NCBI GenBank assembly: GCA_964016885.1
Contig: OZ024743.1
Location: forward strand, 279,930,001 to 279,994,000
DNA from: Eledone cirrhosa
Taxonomy: Eukaryota
Direction of reading: 5' to 3'
Length of the DNA stretch: 64,000 nt
Each line of letters starts with the position of its first letter. Positions within the stretch are counted from its first letter, which is position 1. A program made the position numbers and the translations under genes. The notes beneath the pieces are model-generated. The model saw nothing but the letters and a program-made list of their open reading frames with translations. It did no database searches and was not told the DNA's origin. Below, in pieces: positions 53,629 through 64,000 of this stretch.

Positions 53629-54728
53629 GTATATATATGTTTGGATTTTGTTGATTACGGTCAGGTTGATGTTTTTATCGGCTAATTAATCGATTACCTT
53701 GGCTCTATTGGTCAATGTAATATGTCTTCACATTCATATGCTAGGGCGAAAACAGCAACGTATATCTGTATAGGACAATACTCACATAACATGAAGGATC
53801 ACTCCCATTTCCTGGTACGTTTTGTGATCTAAAATAAAATTACATTGTTGGACTTTTCGTACGGCCACCTGCACACTGAGTTCAAATCCTGCTGAGATCC
53901 AATTTGCCTTTTATCATTTCGAGGTCGATAAAGAGAGTAGCAACCCAACGCAGGAGCAGCCCTTTGCCCTTCCATCTGTCGCATGCTGTATGTTCTATTT
54001 GATGAAGCGGGGAAGAATCATGAGAGTTTCAGTGTCTGTACCTGACTGCCTGGGCACCTAAAACCCTCCATGAAATCATTTTATAATACTACCAAATTAA
54101 ACACGATTGTAAATGACGCCAATAGATTTTTCGTAGTTTTATTGACGACTAACTCTTATCACTCAGCAGACTCCTTTTAAGTTAACTACAGTTATTCTCG
54201 GAGACCAACAGACCATCTATTTGCCAAGACAATATTACATACAGTTTTCCCTACGCTCTACATTGTATATTACGTGTTGATGTACATTTTCGGCTCTGTC
54301 TTTGGGTTTCATTCCAATACTATTTACAACATAGCATGGTAGTATCACGACCCACTCTCCTTTGCGGCGCCACAGTTAATATGGACAGGCGATATGGAGA
54401 TATTTAATATTCTTATTTCGAAGCCTTAATCCATTCACTTCCTTTATCACACGATATGATCACATAGTAATTGTCTGCAGATGTGCTTAAGTGCAAATTC
54501 CGCTTTGTAGTGGAAGCAGAAAAGAGGATTTGATGATGACGGAAAGGTTGGTAATAGGGGCGGGTGTGGTATAATGGTAGTTGTAGTAGAAATTCAAGTA
54601 GTAAAGAGGATGATAATGGTAGCCGTGGTGATGATGCTGACGAATATGCTAATGGTAGAGTTAGTGATGATGACGATAATGATGCTAATGGTGGTGATAG
54701 TAAAAAGTTTGATGCAGATGATGATGAA

Positions 54729-54777
<49 letters not shown>

Positions 54778-55154
54778 GTGGTGAGGGTGGATGATGATAA
54801 TGATAACGACGACGACGAGGAGGATCATAGTAGTGGTTGAATACGTTTGATTATGATCATGATGGTGTTAGTGGTGAGGGTTGCGATAATGGTGTTGTGG
54901 TCGTTAGTGGCGGTGGTGGTTGTTGCTAATGGTGGTGGGGCTTGTAGTAATGGGAGTAGTAGAAGGGTGGTGGGTCTATTTTATTTGTTGTTTTATTGTC
55001 TTTCGCCGCTTTTGATGTTTACAAAGCAATTATTTCGGTTTGTTTGCTTAATTTATAAATCTATTGGGACTATCCACATTAGATTCAATGATCTAAGCCA
55101 AGATTATTCCTATATAAGCCAGTATATATATCGCTGTATGTTTATATCTATGCG

Positions 55155-56514
<1,360 letters not shown>

Positions 56515-56805
56515 TACATATGTACCTACTGATATACGTGTTAGGACTATTTTCATGTTTGTTTATACATATATACATATATTCTTGAATAGAATTAATC
56601 TTATGCGTGTGAGTATGAGAGGGTGTATGTGTGATTCCCTATGTAACTGTAAGTATATGAGTGAGTGTATGTATAGTTAGTTATCGGGTAGGTTGCCTAT
56701 GCAAAAGAGTATTTACATACATACCATGGCATAGTATATATGTTTGAGCAAACATTTTGTCATGCCTGCTTGTATATGATTGGGATTCTGGTCGGAGATT
56801 ATATG

Positions 56806-56935
<130 letters not shown>

Positions 56936-57050
56936 ATGTGTATACATAGGGGTGTTCTCGCACACGAGTGCGTGAGTGTATATGAGCGGACGTCGGTAGG
57001 AATTTTGAATGTATGCACACACACACACAGATAATTATATATATACACAC

Positions 57051-57094
<44 letters not shown>

Positions 57095-57099
<5 letters not shown>

Positions 57100-57250
57100 A
57101 AAAAGTATGACCCCGACGGCAGAGCTCAAGCCGTTTCGACGGCTATTTCTGGACTGAAATAGTCCTATTTCCCACTCTACTACCCTAAGTATTGAGTACT
57201 CTGGTGCGTTATGGTCCATCTGGTTCCTTACCACAATTCTTTTGTTTTAT
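57095..57250. mobile_element. Head-to-head short pLTR pieces of family A
   Basis: 57095-57156 matches 14996-15055; 57164-57250 is the inverted 3' terminus; (TA)n flanks. Confidence 0.8.
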
Positions 57251-57279
57251 ACATATATATATATATATATATATATAGG

Positions 57280-57447
57280 TAAGTTATTCCGAGTTGAATC
57301 GGAGGTAACCACAGTAAGTACGGTACTCAATACATAGCAGAGTATAAAAGTTTTAATATAGATGAGATTCTACAGGACTAGAACTGTTTCATTCTTTATA
57401 AATCATCAGGATTCCTAATGATTTCTAAAGAATGAAACAGTTCTAGT
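57280..57447 (-). mobile_element. Family B pLTR terminus with head-to-head HHR motifs
   Basis: Matches 10422-10550; minus-strand HHR at 57366-57414 overlaps an inverted degenerate copy at 57409-57447. Confidence 0.75.
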
Positions 57448-57461
57448 TGTGTATACTCTTA

Positions 57462-57504
<43 letters not shown>

Positions 57505-58139
57505 GTGTGTGTATGCGTATGTGTGTTGGTGTGTGTGACTTTGTGTATCTGTGAATCTCTGTGTGTGTGTGACGCTTTTACATGAGCGGTGGTGAAAACT
57601 GGCCAATTGCTAAATTTCCTATCAGTTGTAATGGAAATGTGTCAGTGACCAGGTGCCAGACATTGCCACGAAACGTATGACACCAAGAAATAAACTATAA
57701 ATATAAATTAAGGTTATCAATTTTATGTGTTTTTGAATAGCTAAAATGTATCGTCTACACTTTAATTGTTTTAATTTTAGCACGTGGTCTCCAATCAAGT
57801 CACTTGCCAAACAAATACAACAACGTCATTTAAATTTAATCTCCGGAAAATCTTGTGAGTGTGCATATATTACACACTGTTCCCTTTCCTTTGTTCTATG
57901 AGAAACAAACAAAAAAACATAATGATTCGATAAATTAGATATCTCTGATTGAAAGACCTCTTATTCTTCACTGATGATTGTAGATATAGCGTATGAAACA
58001 TTCCAATATCAATTCAGGAGTTTCGTACAGATATATATTTCCACATCTGTTCATGTAGATTAAATAGTTTCTGAATGTTGCGTTAAAGAATATGATCGGG
58101 AATAAAAACGGCCTAAATAGTGTTCCACCGAAGGGTCAC

Positions 58140-58425
58140 TAGAGTAGCATTACTCGATAGAGTGCGTAGTTCGGAGATCAGAGAGTCACTCCAGGTAGAA
58201 CCGATACTTCATCGAATTGAGAGATCACAGCTCCGATACTATGGCCGGTAATAAGAATGTTTCAGGAAAGAATCACTGGATAGAATTTATGGGCAAAACT
58301 TGGGGATCAAACCGGATCAGTTGTTGACGGTTGCTTCTGACAGGACCCGCTGGAATCTGAAAGGAGTGCTTGAGAACTCTTCCCCCATGACCCACTCGAG
58401 AATAAGTGGGCAAAGAAGAAGGCAA
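58140..58425 (+). mobile_element. RTE LINE 3' fragment, same family as 20915-23410
   Basis: GGAGATCAGAGAGTCACTCCAGGT and TGTTTCAGGAAAGAATCA match the reverse complement of 21245-21350. Confidence 0.7.
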
Positions 58426-58639
58426 GATTGAAGGAAAATGATAGAGAAACCAAGTGTAATCATGTATGCCTTACGATTGCAGTATTATACGTTGCCACAA
58501 TAAAAAATAAAGTGAGTCCAATACATACACAGAGAATATACAGCAGATATATAATGAAGCCCTCCTCTCACTGGACAAACGGGGCCGTCGAGAATTTAAA
58601 ACCACACCGTATTAGGATTCAGCATCCACAACAAGGAAT

Positions 58640-59040
58640 GAACCTCCTTGAAATAGTATGGCTCTATCTTTAGACATAATCATTGAAATATATAAATCAT
58701 GGCCGTTTACCCCATAGACATATAAATGCATACATCCACGTGGACACAGCGAATGGATACACATATACAAAATGTCAGTTTTAAAATCCTTACTTAGATG
58801 AACATCGTCTGTCAAAAGACTACATACAGATACCAACTGAATAAAACAAATACCAACCAACAACGGATATTCTAACAAACTAATAGACCAAGCCATAAAA
58901 CTATACATTACAAAATACATCAGATAATGGCTATATTTTAATGAACTATACAGCACTAATAAAGTAAATACTAATTATATAATTTTAAACAAATCTTATA
59001 AAACATCTCACAAAATGCATCGCACAAAATCATAAACTAA
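58640..59040 (+). mobile_element. Highly degenerate PLE RT-thumb fragment
   Basis: Translation pieces YKMSVLKSLL and IKQIPTNNGYSNKLIDQAI resemble the PLE LxxNGY thumb motif. Confidence 0.5.
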
Positions 59041-59148
59041 CGTCAATAATACACACAGTGGACCATCATGTGAGCTTGCGTGTATATTTATCTATATATG
59101 TATACATATGTATGTATATGGGTGAACGTATGATTATATATATATATA

Positions 59149-59230
<82 letters not shown>

Positions 59231-60959
59231 AATATTATTTCAGCGAGATTCGTATTTCGGCTGTGGTCGAAAACGAAGCGAAACGCAATATCCGAGCTAT
59301 GCTGGCAAGCGCTCCATGGACCAAATAAAGACCAGAGCAATAAACATAGGTTATAAAAGCCAAACAAACAGAGATGGCGGTCAAGAAGCCTTCAACCACC
59401 TAAGCCAAAAAGAAAAGGCGAACATACATGTGTGCATATATATATATACTGGGAGAACATACATGTCGAATATATATTAAGAAACGCATGAAACAATATA
59501 TGTAACAATACCAACTATAACATTATCAACATTAACATCACCTTGATCACCCTGATAAAAACTTTGTGGATAAAAACAACAGATAAATTACAAATCTAAT
59601 GGAAATAAAAACAGTTAAAATATAAGCAAATATAAGCAAATACAACACGAATATCAAGCACATCATCATCAACAAAAGCGGCAATTACATCTCCAACAAT
59701 AGAGTAGCAAGTTCCATAATGAGCAACAGTAACAAGGATAATGACAAAAAGTAGCAATACCCGCAACAACAACATTAAAAGAATAGCAATACAACTAGCA
59801 AGCACAGCAGCCAGATTAACACAGTAGTAACAACAATAGTCAATAAGAATAACATTAAAACACATTAACAACATCAACAGTAACAAAATTAAGCCAAATA
59901 ACTACGTCTATTAAAACGCACGTAGTCATGGTAACTATGATTACAATCACAACAACATCATTAACCAAGATAAGATCATGAACAAAAATAAAACAAAAAT
60001 AAATTAAAATATAGGGAAGTAATAGAAGCGGTTATCTATAACAACAACATTGACAGCTACAGTAACAACAATACCAACAACAGCTTCAGATAGTTATATG
60101 GCAAAAACAAATTGTAGCAAAATTTATAACAAAGTCAACAACAAAAATTACAAACAACAACTAAATCATAAATAGAACAAATATTCATCACAAAAAAATA
60201 ATAACAACAATAGTAATAGCAACAATAACACTTTCAAAATAAAAACAATAACAGCTGCAAGTAGAACACATAATCAGAAGGATAACAACATTAATAGCAA
60301 CAGTAATAACAGTAAAACAACAACAATAACAACAGAAATATAATATGCAATGCAGTTGCAACTTTAAAAGCAGCCCAAAACAAAACCAAAAATTCCTACA
60401 AATGTTTGTACTCTTAACAAGAATTAGAGAGGGTAAGAAAGACGGCATACAAACCATAAAACAGAGGAAATTGCTACCAAAATAATGAAAATATTAAACA
60501 ATAACAAATGTCTGATAGTATTGTTTACCATCCCACGGTGACAGACGAACGGATTGTAATCCTGGAAAATAAAGCCCAACAAGCAAGGACTGCTACAAAA
60601 ACCAACTTACCAACATCAAATACTAACATAAGGACCAACAAACCAGCAACTACAACTACTACAAAAATCAAAATACAGACAACAACAAATACTAAGGCAA
60701 AGAAACCAACAACAAAAACCATCTTTGTTGAATCCTTCAGTGCGTTAGCTTGGGCAAGTGTTTTCTAACCAATGCCTTGTGAGTGTAATTTGGTAAATGA
60801 AAACTATAGAAACCCGTATGTGTGTGTCTATGTGTGTAAGTGTGTGTATGTGTGTGTAAGTATGTGTACGTTTACATATGTGCTTACTTGTGTGTGAGCG
60901 TATGTCTATGTGTGTTTGTGTATATCTGTTTATAGATATCTACAAATTTCATTTTAATA

Positions 60960-61001
60960 TTAGGGTGCAAGAGGTCCCGGATTCAAATCCTGGACGAGCC
61001 C
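60960..61001 (+). pseudogene. 3' half of tRNA-Pro(AGG)
   Basis: TTAGGGTGCAAGAGGTCCCGGATTCAAATCCTGGACGAGCCC matches the conserved animal tRNA-Pro 3' half with about 3 changes, followed by an oligo-T tract; the 5' half is absent. Confidence 0.8.
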
Positions 61002-62507
61002 AAACATTTTTTTTATTTACTTTTTCTTACTGTTTAATAAATTGGAAATTAATTTTTTTTAAAATATATATATATATGAATGAACTGTATGGGAAAATCA
61101 GGTCTTCCTGGTTGCTCTTAACTACTCTGTTGCGGCCTTGAGATTATAAACGGACGATTCACCCATTCATTCAATATTTAAATAAAAATAATCAAATTGT
61201 ACATATAATATGTATTGAGTATAATTCAATAGTTGTCTAAATCATTTGGGGACTCTCCAACACAGTTCTATATTTGTGTGTCATTGTGAGTGCATATATA
61301 AATATATATGTATATGCGTATGAATGTTATCTGGTATTCAACAGGTGGTAAGAAAGTACTATATCCGTTGAAGAGCTATATAGTGATATTGCAACGATAT
61401 TTTACAGAATTTGTTAGGTTACTTGACTTTCTCATAAGGAAGTCAGACCTTAAGTAGGGTTAAAATACACTGTCGTTGAAGACAGGTTTCTCGGTACTAA
61501 TATGTTTACTGTATGGTAATTCGATAGTCTGCAATAGCTTACCAATAAGTGTGCAATAACTATGAAATAAGAAAGGCAAGAAAGAGCGATGGAAAGAGAA
61601 AATGCAGGGACAATAACCAATGCGTGTGTTTTTACCGTTATAATATAGAGTAGCTCTTTAAGAAGTGATAATTGAATAGTAAAGTGTATATGTTAGGAGA
61701 TGGTGTATGAAGTTGAAAGGTTTGAAAAGGAGGTGTCTGAGCCATTAACCTTAGAAGATGCATAAATATGATCTATGAGAATTAGTATCTCTTCAGCAGC
61801 ATGTTCAATTAAATTACAAGCATTTGCAAGAAGGAAATCACAAATAAGAGATTTACCTTTTCGTTACCATATTTTTAATGAAAGACAATCTATGAAATTT
61901 CGGATAATTTTTATTTAATAATCAAGAATTTGAAGGGATTTTATAATATAACTTTCTCATTATTAAGCTGCTGATTGTGTCATATTTTAACGAAGCGACT
62001 TACATAAAGTTTTAATGGAAAGCTTTTTGATAAATATGAGTTCTTTAAAATAAACTGTGTTATGCCACAGAACCAGCGGGGATTTCAGGCGATTTAGTAT
62101 CAAAAGGGTTTAAAGAATTCCGGACTGGCAGTAAAATACTGCAAATTTAAGCGACGCCACAATCTCGATATCACACATAACTGAAGAGCAATTGGTGGCA
62201 AAATCATGCGTGAGAATAACAATAAAATGGAAGGTAAAGAGATTTGAGGCAAGGATTTTATTTACTATTATTTCGATCTACATTAGAGACACCATTAGGT
62301 TACACTCTTCGTTGTAACTAGTATTTTATTTTATTGACCCCATAAGGATTACAGGCAATGCAAAACTCGGCGGGATTTGAACTCAGAACGTAGAGGGCCG
62401 CAACTCTATGCCACAGAGCCGAATGTCCGACGCTCTACGGATACTGCCAATCCACCGCCCTTACGCTAGCAAATTCTGTAAAATATCGTTACAATATCAC
62501 TATATAA

Positions 62508-62752
62508 CTCAAGGTAGGATCTGTATCGATCTAGCCCGACTCAGGAATCAAAAGGTCGTCGGACCACTCTGGTAGTAACGACAGTATGAACATACATGGC
62601 GCACAAAAAGGTCTGACTTTCATATGTAACGTTTATATGAACGCTAGACTTGTTTGTACGCCATGTATGTTCATTCTGTCATTACTCCCACAGAGGTCCG
62701 ACGAGCTTTTGATACCAGAGTCGGGCTAGATCGATACAGATCGACTCTTGAG
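62508..62752. mobile_element. MITE-like imperfect fold-back (~245 bp)
   Basis: Arms pair along nearly the whole length (GATCTGTATCGATCTAGCCCGACTC / GAGTCGGGCTAGATCGATACAGATC). Confidence 0.8.
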
Positions 62753-62921
62753 CTGATCAGTAGCGAAACTCACGTCACCAACCAAAATACCTAATGAAGG
62801 AGTAACCATTCGCCCTTGTTTTATTATACTACACTCTGTCTAGCTCTACACCTTGATACTGACGTGAACCTAAACATCGAGTGCTCACTCGGGTGAACTC
62901 CGCGTTACACTCCCTCCCTGG

Positions 62922-63013
<92 letters not shown>

Positions 63014-64000
63014 GTTTCTACTTTTGGTACAAGGCCAACAATTATCTCAGAGCATTACTGGTACTTTATTTTATCGACCCCGTAAGGATGAAAGGCAAAG
63101 TTAAACTCGGCGGGATTTGAACTCAGAACGTATATATATATATATATATAATGAAAAATAATGCTTACATGTAACAACATTAATTGCATTTAAAAAAGGA
63201 AAAAATCTCTACCGTGAAAATTACATCATCATCATCAACATCATCATCATCATCATCAGCAGCAGCATCATCATCATCATCATCAACATAATTATCATCC
63301 TCCCCCATTATCATCATCCCCATTATGGTCTTTATCAATATAATCATCATCTTCGTCATCCTTGTAGACGTCATTGTCAGATTCTGTGAAACAGTCCCTT
63401 GCAGGAAAAGAAACATTAAAAGTGAAAGAAACTGAGATTGTTCATCAACATTACAATAGCCAGGCACAATCGACAGTGTCCCAAGCAACATCATCATCAA
63501 CAACCAGAGCCATGCACAGTAGTTGATCTATAAATCGCCAAACGAGCAATATCAATAAAAATATTCTTTAGTCAACTATGACAGCAGCAACATAACCATT
63601 GTTCATCGTTCTCTTTATCTCTCTCTTGCTGCCTCTCTCTCTCTTTCTCTTTTTTCTCTCTCTTTCTTTCTCCCCCCCCCTCTCTCTCTCTTGCTCTCTC
63701 TCTATCTCTCTTTATATATATATATAAAGATAGATAGATATATACATATATATACATATATATATGTATATATGTGTATGTATGTGTATGTGTGTGTATG
63801 TGTATGTGCGTGTGCGTATATATATATATATATATATATGATAAGAAAATACGTTTAAAAATGATAGTGTTTACATTATAAGGGTTCTACCAGGTTCATT
63901 ACTAAGATAATATTAATGGTAAAGAAGAGAATGTGAGTAGGGTGTATATATATATATATATATATGTACTACACCAAACAACCATTAACACACACAGTAT

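Noticed and set aside
59240-59430. TA-flanked repeat related to 15798-15862 containing GCCGAAATACG
   Set aside because: The repeat is real, but I could not assign a hammerhead core or stem I.

Overview
AT-rich animal genomic DNA saturated with microsatellites, most likely octopus or another coleoid (inferred from the SINE families and repeat landscape). No host protein gene is confidently visible, and almost all ORF-track entries are microsatellite artefacts. The window is dominated by mobile elements: an apparently intact Penelope-like element (PLE; RT + GIY-YIG, 32504-36131), many truncated, tandem or inverted PLE pseudo-LTR (pLTR) fragments inserted in (TA)n, a deleted mariner, R4/Dong-like and RTE LINE remnants, a Helitron remnant, many tRNA-derived SINEs and several fold-backs. 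The main signal is a set of hammerhead ribozyme (HHR) motifs in the pLTRs. Besides canonical minimal HHRs there are (i) ~90-nt variants with a U3-A8 core (UCGAGAA, UUGAUAA) and a very long stem II, including one in the intact PLE at the position expected for transcript processing, and (ii) a duplicated motif at 15105-15175 and 15673-15743 that has every hammerhead core element and all three stems, but in a strand order that is not a circular permutation (a pseudoknotted hammerhead with an extra helix). All pairings were read by eye; cleavage activity and novelty are untested.
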